Shown: one piece after another, positions 1 through 8,850 of the stretch
Position numbering within the stretch: position 1 is the first letter of the stretch
Layout of the letters: every line of letters starts with the position of its first letter
Source: a virus
Taxonomy: Duplodnaviria > Caudoviricetes
Virus record (IMG/VR): IMGVR_UViG_2595698517_000001
Location: 64,001-128,000 of that record
Direction: 5' to 3' (one strand)
Length of the DNA: 64,000 bases
Program-made: the position numbers and the translations under genes
The notes under the pieces: generated by a model
The model's database searches: none
What the model saw: only the letters and a program-made list of their open reading frames with translations
What the model was told of the DNA's origin: nothing

Positions 1-153
1 AGCTAGTCCATCTATAAAATACTCGTGTGTTTCTGTCTCTCGTACTTTCATATTGTTAAGCCACACATATGTAGCCCCTTCTACCTTGAGTTCTCCGCCC
101 CTGTGTAGGAAGTCTAACACAAGGGCAACTTTAGTAGGCTCTACTTTAAGCAT
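1..153 (-). CDS. hypothetical protein, truncated by window edge (MLKVEPTKVALVLDF...)
   Basis: ATG at 153 overlaps upstream stop, RBS GGAGGAG, frame open to position 1. Confidence 0.6.
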   Translation of the reverse strand, partial: MLKVEPTKVALVLDFLHRGGELKVEGATYVWLNNMKVRETETHEYFIDGLA

Positions 154-335
154 CAGTCAATCTCCTCCATTTTAACGAGCACACGGTTGAAGTCAACTTT
201 ATGTAATACCTCTAGCACTCTATACGTTTTACCTGTTGTTTGTACTTTGTGCCCTGGATTAGGGATACACGGTATCGTCTTTTGTACTTCCGTTAACTCC
301 CCGTCCTTTAGATATTCAAACACAACTCGTATCAT
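153..335 (-). CDS. hypothetical protein
   Basis: 60-aa ORF, coupled to neighbours. Confidence 0.7.
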   Translation of the reverse strand: MIRVVFEYLKDGELTEVQKTIPCIPNPGHKVQTTGKTYRVLEVLHKVDFNRVLVKMEEID

Positions 336-961
336 TTTACACTCTCCAACGCATTAAGTAAATCCGTAATCCATGCATTCTTTTCTTCAACTGCTTTTAT
401 AGCACGTTCTTTACTTTCTTCTGCTCGTTTTAATTCATCTTGAGCCCATTCGATACGTTCACTTCTCCATACTTCATGATGAATCATTTGCCCTGGTACT
501 TCCTCTTCTTTACGTTCATTTCTTTGCTTAAATAACCCTGACTGACATTTGATTTCTGCTTCTAAATGGTTTACAGCGTACGCTTTAAGATCGGTAAGAG
601 ACTCAGGAGCTTCCCAAGCTTGTACTTCTTTAAGTACCTTATTATAACGTTCAATTACTTGTATATCTCCGTCATTATAAGTTTCCTGACGTTTCCTCAT
701 GTACTCGTAATCATCTTCAATTTGTTGTTCTACGTCTTCTACTGACATATTCTTGTAGTACTCAATTTTCTTCTTCGCTTCCTCGATGTCTCTATCATAA
801 GAAGCTACGTCTAACTGATACAACTGAGGTGGAGCATTCAGACCCAAACCAAGGTGTCTCATATGGGCTAACGCCCCGTATGATTTTGAGCAGCGGATAA
901 TATAATCCTTTGCCGAGTTATTTTCATTCTCGTAAATCTCACCAAGTAATGCGCTTGTCAT
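332..961 (-). CDS. hypothetical coiled-coil protein
   Basis: Likely start ATG 961 (MTSALL) after AAGGAGGG RBS. Confidence 0.75.
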   Translation of the reverse strand: MTSALLGEIYENENNSAKDYIIRCSKSYGALAHMRHLGLGLNAPPQLYQLDVASYDRDIEEAKKKIEYYKNMSVEDVEQQIEDDYEYMRKRQETYNDGDIQVIERYNKVLKEVQAWEAPESLTDLKAYAVNHLEAEIKCQSGLFKQRNERKEEEVPGQMIHHEVWRSERIEWAQDELKRAEESKERAIKAVEEKNAWITDLLNALESVK

Positions 962-962
962 A

Positions 963-1838
963 TTAGTTACCCTCCTTTGGTGGTGTAATTTGTACATTGA
1001 TACTATCGATTCCTGCGGGCTGAACACGTAACGTTACTTTAACATGCAGCTCTCCATTCTCTAATGTGCAGTTAACACTCTCTATTGGATCAATCTGTTC
1101 TTCCTGGGCTAAATCGAATACTAATTGCTGCTTACCTTTAATTTTCTTGTTACGTCTAGGAAGCCCTAACTTATCGACTAATTTGTATAACCCGTGTTTA
1201 TTTAGGTCGTACTTTTTGTATAACTTCTCAAGGTACATACCTTGCATATAATCACCTGCAAAAGTGTCCATTTCTATTTTAGTCATTGTAAGTAAACGAT
1301 CATTAGACTTAGAGCTACGAGCACGATTACGGAATGGAATACCTTTACGGTTAAGAATATCGTATAACTGAGTTGTAGAGATACCATACTTGCTTAAAAT
1401 GTCTTGTTGTTTAATTGATTTGTCTTGATATTCTGCTGCAACCAGTTCATCTACAGTTACTGCACTTAAAGTAGGTTGGAACACACTAAGCTCATCAACT
1501 TTTTGTTTTTCGTTTGCCATTTTCATTTTCCTCTTTTCTCGGAATCTCCTCTGAGCTTCCCTATTTTTTTCTTTACCTTTTTCAGTACTAAAATACTTAG
1601 TTTGATACGCACTAACCTTATCAGGGTTTGACCTACACCATCTTCGCTGAACATTGGTACGGTGTTCTTGCAATCTTTCTTTGGTTTCTCTTTTGTATAT
1701 CCGTACACGTTCGTTATCACAAAGCTTACAATTGCTGCGTGGAATGTAGCCGCCCTTCTTACTTTTACTCTTTCTTTTTCCAAACTCATTAATAGGTTTG
1801 TCCTCCTTACATCGAGGACAGTATTTCGTGCCTTCCAC
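963..1838 (-). CDS. Zn-finger (CxxC..CxxC) domain fused to tandem-HTH DNA-binding protein
   Basis: GTG 1838 with RBS GAGGGGAGG; CPRC...CKLC; two HTH-like repeats (ILSKYGISTTQLYDIL, LYKKYDLNKHGLYKLV). Confidence 0.65.
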   Translation of the reverse strand: MEGTKYCPRCKEDKPINEFGKRKSKSKKGGYIPRSNCKLCDNERVRIYKRETKERLQEHRTNVQRRWCRSNPDKVSAYQTKYFSTEKGKEKNREAQRRFREKRKMKMANEKQKVDELSVFQPTLSAVTVDELVAAEYQDKSIKQQDILSKYGISTTQLYDILNRKGIPFRNRARSSKSNDRLLTMTKIEMDTFAGDYMQGMYLEKLYKKYDLNKHGLYKLVDKLGLPRRNKKIKGKQQLVFDLAQEEQIDPIESVNCTLENGELHVKVTLRVQPAGIDSINVQITPPKEGN

Positions 1839-1872
1839 GGTTACCCTCCCCTCTAACAACTTCTGTAACCAA

Positions 1873-1902
1873 AGAATATCATAGAGGTTGTCCAAATGTC
1901 AA
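1873..1902 (-). promoter_or_regulatory. sigma-A-like promoter
   Basis: TTGACA-18-TATTCT with TGn extension. Confidence 0.6.
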
Positions 1903-1914
1903 CAATTTATGCAT

Positions 1915-1946
1915 AAAAAAAAATGCAAGGAATAATCCCTGCATTT
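1915..1946 (-). terminator. intrinsic terminator
   Basis: TGCAGGGA/TCCTTGCA stem followed by T9 on minus strand. Confidence 0.75.
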
Positions 1947-2427
1947 ACATATAATTTAATGAGCTTAATTCTTCTTCTGCATAAAAGATACCAGGTTCTC
2001 GTGATAGCCCGTATGCGAACTTATTCGGGTCTGCTTTAGCCTGGTACACTTCCGTTATGATCGCTGCGTCTTTTGTACCATCCCTACTTATGTACGTTAC
2101 CTTATCATTAACCTGATACTTATTCCCTTTAAGGAAAACATCTTCCTCGAATTTGAATACCGTAAATAATGATAAGTCATTCAATCCTACGTTAAAAGTA
2201 AGCCAGTATCGTTCGTCCGATTTAGACTCTGTAACATCGTAGGATATTTGAGAAACTGTATACTTCTTATCTACAAGCCTTATGAGCACGTTCAGTTTGT
2301 CCTTACGCTCGAATCCTTTAATAAATAGTACTTCACCATTTAAAAGAGCCTGTAACTTCTCTGCAAGCGTATTATACAGTTTAAAAGGTACCTTGTCATA
2401 CTGTGTAATATCGACTGTTTCTGCCAT
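1945..2427 (-). CDS. hypothetical protein
   Basis: 160-aa ORF with AAGGAGAGG RBS. Confidence 0.8.
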   Translation of the reverse strand: MAETVDITQYDKVPFKLYNTLAEKLQALLNGEVLFIKGFERKDKLNVLIRLVDKKYTVSQISYDVTESKSDERYWLTFNVGLNDLSLFTVFKFEEDVFLKGNKYQVNDKVTYISRDGTKDAAIITEVYQAKADPNKFAYGLSREPGIFYAEEELSSLNYM

Positions 2428-2445
2428 GTGGTTTCCTCTCCTTTA

Positions 2446-3162
2446 TTAGAAATCAATTCCCGCTGTTTTTAATGCGGTAGAAATACGTTTTTCCTCGTCT
2501 GTTAGATCAAGGTTTTCATAGAAGATACGTTCAGATTCCTCCATATCACTGAATAACTCATCGTGTTTTTCTTCAGGTACATATTTCATGATTACTTCCA
2601 TCATAGCAGATTCACGAGCTTGTTGTCGTAGTTTAAGCTCACGTAGTCCTGCAATCGATAAGCCGCTTAATTGGTTGTTTGTAATCTTCGCTCTTAGTTC
2701 GATCGCTTTCATAGCTAACGGTGTATCTACAACTTCGAATGCTTTTAATCCTTTCATTCCTTTTTCAATTACCATGTCCAGGAACTCTAGGTCACTGAAT
2801 ACTTTATCAATCTTTGTCATGTCTGTAACAGAAGCTGCATGTGCGATCTCTGCGTCTTCCTCGTCTTTCTTCTGTCTAAACATATCTACTTGTTTATTAG
2901 AAATATATGTAACGTTATCCTTTGCTCGTTTATCAAGTAATTGAAGTAATGGTACACCTTTATCAATTGCTTCTTCACGTTTCTTCTTATAGTTAGTAAG
3001 GGAAGCTTTTGAAATGCTTAGTCCGTTCTCCTTACAGAAGTCAATAATGTAATCATATGTTTGTCCCTCATCGAGCATGTTATCTACTTTCGTGCATAAC
3101 TTACGGTTCTTGTACAATTGAACTAGCACACTGCTAGAACTCATTTTCTTTTTATCAGCCAT
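2446..3162 (-). CDS. HTH DNA-binding protein, DUF3486/small-terminase-like N-terminus
   Basis: VDNMLDEGQTYDYIIDFCKENGLSISKASLTNY motif; probable start MADKK at 3162. Confidence 0.5.
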   Translation of the reverse strand: MADKKKMSSSSVLVQLYKNRKLCTKVDNMLDEGQTYDYIIDFCKENGLSISKASLTNYKKKREEAIDKGVPLLQLLDKRAKDNVTYISNKQVDMFRQKKDEEDAEIAHAASVTDMTKIDKVFSDLEFLDMVIEKGMKGLKAFEVVDTPLAMKAIELRAKITNNQLSGLSIAGLRELKLRQQARESAMMEVIMKYVPEEKHDELFSDMEESERIFYENLDLTDEEKRISTALKTAGIDF

Positions 3163-3469
3163 TTTAAATACCAACCCTTTCAAATATAGTCACTTCTTAA
3201 ATAGGGGAAACTCCCTCATAAAAGCCTGTGTATCAGCGTTCTACGTATAATATAGTAAATCATTCGGTATATTTTAAATTTTTCGTAAATAGTTTAAAAA
3301 CTCCACTAAGTACAGTGCTTTTTTAACGTTTAAGAAGTGAGAATATAGTGAACAAAGTCATATCGTTTAAGATTGGTACCTATAACCCAGTACAAAGTAT
3401 TCGTAACTTTTACACTAAGTAGTGTGTTTTTTGTTAATTTGTATACAGCAAAAAAGCCTTAAATATAAG

Positions 3470-3497
3470 AAAAAGCTAGAGGATAATCCCCTAGCTT
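3470..3497 (-). terminator. intrinsic terminator
   Basis: GCTAGGGGA/TCCTCTAGC stem plus T-run. Confidence 0.7.
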
Positions 3498-4350
3498 ACG
3501 GTTCCATAATAATTTTAACTTGCCCGCTATCACTTATAAGGTCTAGTCGGAACTGACCTTCTTTTAAATGATTAGACATTCGTAATGTACCTTGTGATAT
3601 AACTTCTTGCTTCACTTTAATATATCCACCTACTGAAGTGAATACCGCATCTCCGTAATCGTTTGTGTATGCAGAGATCATAGAAAGAAGCGGATATATC
3701 TGAGTAGCAGCTACTGGGCTGTCAAACTCTACAGCCAGGATCGCTTTACCTGTGATATTCTCATCCAGGACTAATTTAAGGATGGAACGCTTATCTCCAT
3801 TCGTGAACGTTTTACCATAGAAATGTGAGAAGAAGTTCATCTTATCTGCTTGTCCAAATAATAGTTTAACCTGTTGAGTAAACTTATCGTCAAACTGACT
3901 TAACTCATAGTCAATTGTAACTAGGGTAAAGGGTACACCTGCAATGTCAAATGACACATATGTAATCTTCGGTTCTTTCATTACTAACACTAAGTCTACC
4001 GTATGTAAGGACTTCGTAGCTGAGATTGGTTCAGCAACTGGTAGTTCGTTTTGCTTACCTTCCTCGGCAAACCGTGGAATATCCCCTGCTTTGTATTTAA
4101 TGAACTCATCTAATGTGTTTTCTAACTCGAAGATACCTGGGCTTTCTACTCGTGTAGAGATCGTTAACTTCATTGTACCTTCTTCAATGTTAATTTCGTC
4201 AGATAATACATGAGAGCGGCTTAAGTAGCGGTCACTGAAATGGTCATTCGTATAGAATACACCGTGTACCTTCTTCGTTTTATCTTCTAATAGCTCCTTT
4301 AACATTCCTAATGAACCGTGTTTTCGTTTTGCTGCTACATATTCTGTCAT
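3496..4350 (-). CDS. hypothetical protein
   Basis: Likely start ATG 4350 (MTEYVAAK) after GAGGAGG RBS. Confidence 0.8.
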   Translation of the reverse strand: MTEYVAAKRKHGSLGMLKELLEDKTKKVHGVFYTNDHFSDRYLSRSHVLSDEINIEEGTMKLTISTRVESPGIFELENTLDEFIKYKAGDIPRFAEEGKQNELPVAEPISATKSLHTVDLVLVMKEPKITYVSFDIAGVPFTLVTIDYELSQFDDKFTQQVKLLFGQADKMNFFSHFYGKTFTNGDKRSILKLVLDENITGKAILAVEFDSPVAATQIYPLLSMISAYTNDYGDAVFTSVGGYIKVKQEVISQGTLRMSNHLKEGQFRLDLISDSGQVKIIMEP

Positions 4351-4586
4351 TACTTTTCCTCCTCTTTTAACTCTATTCTTTTTGGTGTAAATCGTTGAAT
4401 TGTTACTCCTGGGTGTCCGTCTACATTTGTTTCTGTATCCCATGAGATGACTTCCAGTGTCTCGGGATCACCACCATGCTCTACTACCCAGTCATAAAGC
4501 ATTTTACTTCCATACTCCACTATGTAGTCATTTACAGCTCTTTCAAGATTCTGAGCTGCTATTTGCAATCGGTCTTCATGCTCCAC
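4350..4586 (-). CDS. hypothetical protein
   Basis: 78-aa ORF coupled to neighbours. Confidence 0.75.
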   Translation of the reverse strand: MEHEDRLQIAAQNLERAVNDYIVEYGSKMLYDWVVEHGGDPETLEVISWDTETNVDGHPGVTIQRFTPKRIELKEEEK

Positions 4587-5113
4587 TATTTTTTTCCTCC
4601 CTTACGTGAATTATAAGATTGTCGTTTCGTTTGACTAATTTGACTTGTAGTTTTCTTCTTGAAACTACCACTTCTACTATAAGACTTCTTAGGCGGCTTT
4701 AGAGCGGCTTTCTTCTCCTGGAATACAAATACAAGGAGATTGTTCTTCCAAAGGCGCTGTGTGCGAATAGAACACTTTCCGTAGATGTCTTTCCCTACCT
4801 TAACATAAAACACCTCATCTCGACTGGTTAGAGTCGGATTTGGAGCCTTTTTCGGCTTGAGGATGAGCATATCACCAGGAACTCCTATGTAGTCTGCTAG
4901 AAGGTCTTTCATATATGTAAGTCTTAGCTCTACATCCTTCTCAGTCATCTTCTCGTATACATGGCTGAACGCTATCCTGTAGTGACCTTTGGTGCTCTGC
5001 TTGGACTTCTTGAAAGCGTCTGCTCCGTTAGAGTTAATGTTATTAGTCCCTGTACCCCTAGCACCGACTCCTCGTGAAATCGATCGCTGCACTGAAGTAG
5101 GTTTCTTATGCAC
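4586..5113 (-). CDS. basic hypothetical protein (possible nucleic-acid binding)
   Basis: K/R-rich termini; GTG start with GAGAGGTG RBS; late-type motif upstream. Confidence 0.7.
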   Translation of the reverse strand: MHKKPTSVQRSISRGVGARGTGTNNINSNGADAFKKSKQSTKGHYRIAFSHVYEKMTEKDVELRLTYMKDLLADYIGVPGDMLILKPKKAPNPTLTSRDEVFYVKVGKDIYGKCSIRTQRLWKNNLLVFVFQEKKAALKPPKKSYSRSGSFKKKTTSQISQTKRQSYNSRKGGKK

Positions 5114-5130
5114 TGTATCACCTCTCTAAC

Positions 5131-5140
5131 TAATATAATA
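5131..5140 (-). promoter_or_regulatory. putative phage-sigma late promoter
   Basis: TATTATATTA just downstream of a terminator hairpin (5142-5167). Confidence 0.5.
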
Positions 5141-5206
5141 AAGGGTTACACCCGAAGATGCAACCCTAAAAGTCAACAATATTTATTATATGATTAATTT
5201 TTGCTT

Positions 5207-5764
5207 TTATATCGTTTCAAGAGTTAAGCCTTCAATAGCATTCACAGCCTGAAGAATCTTTTCTCTATTCGTTTGTCTTACTTCAATCTCTCTATCTAAA
5301 CGGTTAAGCTCATTTCTTAACTGACGTAGTAAACTAGAACGGTTCTCTGTAACACTAACTTCCGCATCAGGTGTATGGTTAACTGTTACTTGCTGCTGTA
5401 AGATATACTCACTAGCTGCATCCATAAATTTAGCGAACTCTTTCTTGTATTCTTTATTCTCTCTGAATCGTTTATTTAGAGCGTCCAACATGCTCCAAGA
5501 TATGATCGCTGCTCGTGTTCCCTGGAAATCTTCTGCATGGAATAACGGGTTATCTTTGTTCTCCTGGATAATATTCTTTAACTGCGCTTCTCCTCTGAAT
5601 GCAATGTACTTAGTACCGTCCGTCTTAACTGTGAAAGTTCTAACTGCCGATTTAACCGAAGCACTATCCGAATAACCTTCTGTACTACGAGTTAAAGTAT
5701 AATCCGCTAATGTGAACCAATATTCTCCTGCATACTTCACTAAACTTAATGGTTTGACTGTCAT
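5207..5764 (-). CDS. Bro-N-like DNA-binding protein with C-terminal coiled coil
   Basis: EYWFTLAD...GYSD..SAVR resembles the Bro-N signature. Confidence 0.5.
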   Translation of the reverse strand: MTVKPLSLVKYAGEYWFTLADYTLTRSTEGYSDSASVKSAVRTFTVKTDGTKYIAFRGEAQLKNIIQENKDNPLFHAEDFQGTRAAIISWSMLDALNKRFRENKEYKKEFAKFMDAASEYILQQQVTVNHTPDAEVSVTENRSSLLRQLRNELNRLDREIEVRQTNREKILQAVNAIEGLTLETI

Positions 5765-5856
5765 ATCAAATTCCTCCTTGTGATTGTCTCTTTTTCCTAC
5801 TCCAACCCTCTGAGGTCTATTTGAGGATAGAACTTTAAGTATCTATCTGTATCCTC

Positions 5857-5885
5857 ATAATAGCATATCCCAGTAGGAAAGTCCA
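5857..5885 (-). promoter_or_regulatory. sigma-A-like promoter
   Basis: TGGACT-17-TATTAT, TGn extended -10. Confidence 0.55.
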
Positions 5886-5895
5886 TTTCCACATT

Positions 5896-6609
5896 TTAGC
5901 TTTTCTTCCTAAAGTGGTAAAACTTCAACTGCTTCTCAGGGTGCATCTTTCCGCTAATAAAGATGTTACAGAGTAGTTTGTTAGCTTCAGCTTCTCCCAA
6001 ACGAGAAATTATCATACCTATCATTTGAGATTTTTTTAAATATTTTTTTGAAGCGTTAGATTGAACATACAGACCGTTTAACCCACCTGACCTGCTTTCT
6101 ACCATGTTTACACTGATCCCGAACTCTTCCAGTGTCTTCATTTGGCGTTTGAAGCTCCCTAAGATATTGCTGATTTCTTCCTTCCACAGCATCTGATATG
6201 CGGTGAATACTTTCTTAAAGGGTGACTGTGTAGCTGCCTTGTATAAACCCAGTATCGCTTCACCTCTAAACTCAGTATATGCAAGAATACCAACATGATT
6301 CCAATTATTTTTGGACAATATCGCTTCCACTTTTTCAACATGATTATCATGGCACATCACATAGACCCAATCACAGACTTGAGAATAGTTTGTAAGCTGC
6401 TTGTTTAACCTTCTAGTGCTATCCCTCTCGGTTTTAATCTCTATGCCTATGATGCCCTTCTCTCGGCTGAAAATAAGGCAGTCTGCGATCGTAGAACCTA
6501 CAGAGATTGCTTTCTCAAATAATACAGTGGTTTCGTCCGTGTTCGATACGAATAGATGTTGCTTATTCAGGATTAACTCCTTTATATCTTCTTCATAAAA
6601 TCGTTTCAT
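5896..6609 (-). CDS. PD-(D/E)xK nuclease-fold protein (sce7726/MmcB-like)
   Basis: IADC..IGIEIKTERDS.RRL.KQL..Y motif. Confidence 0.7.
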   Translation of the reverse strand: MKRFYEEDIKELILNKQHLFVSNTDETTVLFEKAISVGSTIADCLIFSREKGIIGIEIKTERDSTRRLNKQLTNYSQVCDWVYVMCHDNHVEKVEAILSKNNWNHVGILAYTEFRGEAILGLYKAATQSPFKKVFTAYQMLWKEEISNILGSFKRQMKTLEEFGISVNMVESRSGGLNGLYVQSNASKKYLKKSQMIGMIISRLGEAEANKLLCNIFISGKMHPEKQLKFYHFRKKS

Positions 6610-6629
6610 TATGTATACTCCCTTCTAAC

Positions 6630-6658
6630 TAAAAGAGAATGCCTGTTACAGCATTCTC
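6630..6658 (-). terminator. intrinsic terminator
   Basis: GAGAATGC/GCATTCTC stem plus T-run. Confidence 0.7.
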
Positions 6659-6665
6659 CTCTCTC

Positions 6666-7094
6666 CTATAGGCTAAGTAATCGTGTAATGTCGTCCGATG
6701 TATGTCCGTCCCAAGCAGGTGCAGCAGCTAATTCTTCTACTTCGAACTTGTCCCAATGGTCTTTATGGTAATGGTATGTAAATTGTCCTTGCGGTGTCTC
6801 AATACCTACAATAAAGTAGTCATCAAACATTGTACCGTCATCATGCTTCCAGGACTTCCAAGCCTTTTCTTTATGTAAGTTACAGATCACAGAGAATAGT
6901 ATCATACGGTGGTAATATAACTCATCGAATGTGTGGCTTCCGTCACTAATCTGCCCATTAGGAATATCGAATCGTACTTCATGTGGTACCCCTGATTCGT
7001 TTGTGCAATACTCTGCTTCACGGTATGCGTCTACAATATTATCGAATCCACCTACCATAAGTTCACCGCTTAAAAATACACCAAATTTAGTCAT
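6666..7094 (-). CDS. WDGH-motif domain protein
   Basis: SDGSHTFDELYYHR, WKSWKHDDG, TYHY and WDGHT motifs. Confidence 0.65.
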   Translation of the reverse strand: MTKFGVFLSGELMVGGFDNIVDAYREAEYCTNESGVPHEVRFDIPNGQISDGSHTFDELYYHRMILFSVICNLHKEKAWKSWKHDDGTMFDDYFIVGIETPQGQFTYHYHKDHWDKFEVEELAAAPAWDGHTSDDITRLLSL

Positions 7095-7291
7095 TATTTT
7101 CGCTCCTTAAATTTTTCTATTAGGTCTTTGAACAACGGGTTAAACTTTATCATAACTACAGTACATAGTGCTAAGGATACTAAATGAAAAGGCTTAACCT
7201 CTTCAGCACCTGTGATTAAGTTTAATACAACACCTACAGCTAGTCCAACAGTAGAAGCTATTTGGAAAGCCCACAACACACCAATACCCAT
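7094..7291 (-). CDS. small membrane protein
   Basis: Two hydrophobic segments. Confidence 0.65.
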   Translation of the reverse strand: MGIGVLWAFQIASTVGLAVGVVLNLITGAEEVKPFHLVSLALCTVVMIKFNPLFKDLIEKFKERK

Positions 7292-7292
7292 G

Positions 7293-7727
7293 TTATCCTC
7301 TCCTACGCTGTGATTTTTTCTTCTTAAAGAACTTACTTTTCTGTAAGCTACGCTCTTTACGTTTGTAGCTAATTAACTCTTCAACTGTACCAAGGTAAGC
7401 TATCGGGGTACCGTCATGAACTTCCCCATGTTCATTATGTCCATATGTGGTACCCCAATATAGCCTACATCCATTACATGTTGTCCAGGATTCTACAGCA
7501 TAGTGCCCCTCATAGTAAGTATCTGAGAACATTCTAGATTTACATGCAGGGCATTCATGCCTATTCGATGTTTTTCTGTTTTTTGACATCCCTAGCTCTT
7601 TTGCTAGTCTAGCTACCTTGAAATAATGTGCCAGTGCTGCACTAATTAGAAATATATCACCATCATGCTCCTTAGTATGTTTCATAGCATATCGTCTAGT
7701 TAGTTGTTTGCTCCGTGGTGATCTCAT
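7293..7727 (-). CDS. Zn-ribbon hypothetical protein
   Basis: CPAC...CNGC. Confidence 0.65.
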   Translation of the reverse strand: MRSPRSKQLTRRYAMKHTKEHDGDIFLISAALAHYFKVARLAKELGMSKNRKTSNRHECPACKSRMFSDTYYEGHYAVESWTTCNGCRLYWGTTYGHNEHGEVHDGTPIAYLGTVEELISYKRKERSLQKSKFFKKKKSQRRRG

Positions 7728-8002
7728 TATTTTTCCTCCTCAATGTCTCGTACATGCTCTGATAAGAATATGTAAGGTTTGGTACGTAAGAAGTCGTCCT
7801 TTTTAGGTAGATAGATTGTAACGTCAGGATAATTCTGAGCAACCCATGCACCTTCCTTATCGCTTAATTCCCAGGTAGACCATCTAAGCGTACTTTCTGA
7901 CCAACCATCTTCCATTAACTCTGCAATGGTTGCTATCATTTCAACTCGGGTATTGTGTGCAACTCGGATTACTTCTTGCTTTCTACGACCAATGATATGC
8001 AT
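7727..8002 (-). CDS. hypothetical protein
   Basis: 91-aa ORF, RBS in upstream gene tail. Confidence 0.7.
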   Translation of the reverse strand: MHIIGRRKQEVIRVAHNTRVEMIATIAELMEDGWSESTLRWSTWELSDKEGAWVAQNYPDVTIYLPKKDDFLRTKPYIFLSEHVRDIEEEK

Positions 8003-8003
8003 A

Positions 8004-8477
8004 CTACTTGCCCTCCTTGGCTAGACTTCCTTTTTTCATAAATGTTTTGAAACAAGTAGAGTTACAGAATTGCGGACTATCTGAAGGGTATGCATATTTT
8101 ACTTCTTCGGCTCTGCCACATTGTTTGCATTTTATAGGTGGTAAGTCCCACCATGCGTGAAACCTAACCTCGTTATCATGGAATTTATCATTTGTACGAA
8201 TGTCAATACCGTCTAGTGTATATTTACCAAATGGGTATACAGGGTGGTACTTCACCTTATTCTTGAGTACTGTACGAGCTAATAAAGGACTAACTTCGAT
8301 AAGATGCGGTTTTGCAGGAAAGTGTTTTCTATAATCAATTTGTTGCTGTACTCCTTTTTCCCTCTCTAGTTTAGCAACAGTTGCTTCTAGCTCTCGAATT
8401 CGCTCCCGATACTGCATTTCCTTATCTTCGTATTTTTTAATGACAGCGTAATGTCTCTTGTTAGATACGAATAACAT
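8004..8477 (-). CDS. coiled-coil plus C-terminal Zn-finger protein
   Basis: CKQC...FCNSTC. Confidence 0.7.
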   Translation of the reverse strand: MLFVSNKRHYAVIKKYEDKEMQYRERIRELEATVAKLEREKGVQQQIDYRKHFPAKPHLIEVSPLLARTVLKNKVKYHPVYPFGKYTLDGIDIRTNDKFHDNEVRFHAWWDLPPIKCKQCGRAEEVKYAYPSDSPQFCNSTCFKTFMKKGSLAKEGK

Positions 8478-8478
8478 G

Positions 8479-8850
8479 TTATTTCCCCTCCTTTACCTCA
8501 CGCTCATGCACTGTATAAACTTTCATACCTTGAATCTTAACCTTTAACTTATCTGACCAACCTTGCCTACGTAACTTAGGTAAGGCTTCATTCATTGCCT
8601 TAATACTAGCGTGCTCTACTTCAATGAACTGTTTCGACTGCTCGTTAACAATCTTAATGTCTTTTGCTTCTAATTTAACGATCATAGCTTCCCGAGCAGC
8701 AACTGTTGCCTTTAAGTCGTCTATTTGTCTCTTTAGCTGTGTTATCCTTTCGTCTCTATACTGTACACCTGATTCAAAATAACATTTTTCACTCTGTTCA
8801 TTTTGAAATCTAGCTTCCAGGAGTCTATACTTAGATTTACGTACAAACAT
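8479..8850 (-). CDS. coiled-coil hypothetical protein
   Basis: 123-aa ORF. Confidence 0.7.
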   Translation of the reverse strand: MFVRKSKYRLLEARFQNEQSEKCYFESGVQYRDERITQLKRQIDDLKATVAAREAMIVKLEAKDIKIVNEQSKQFIEVEHASIKAMNEALPKLRRQGWSDKLKVKIQGMKVYTVHEREVKEGK

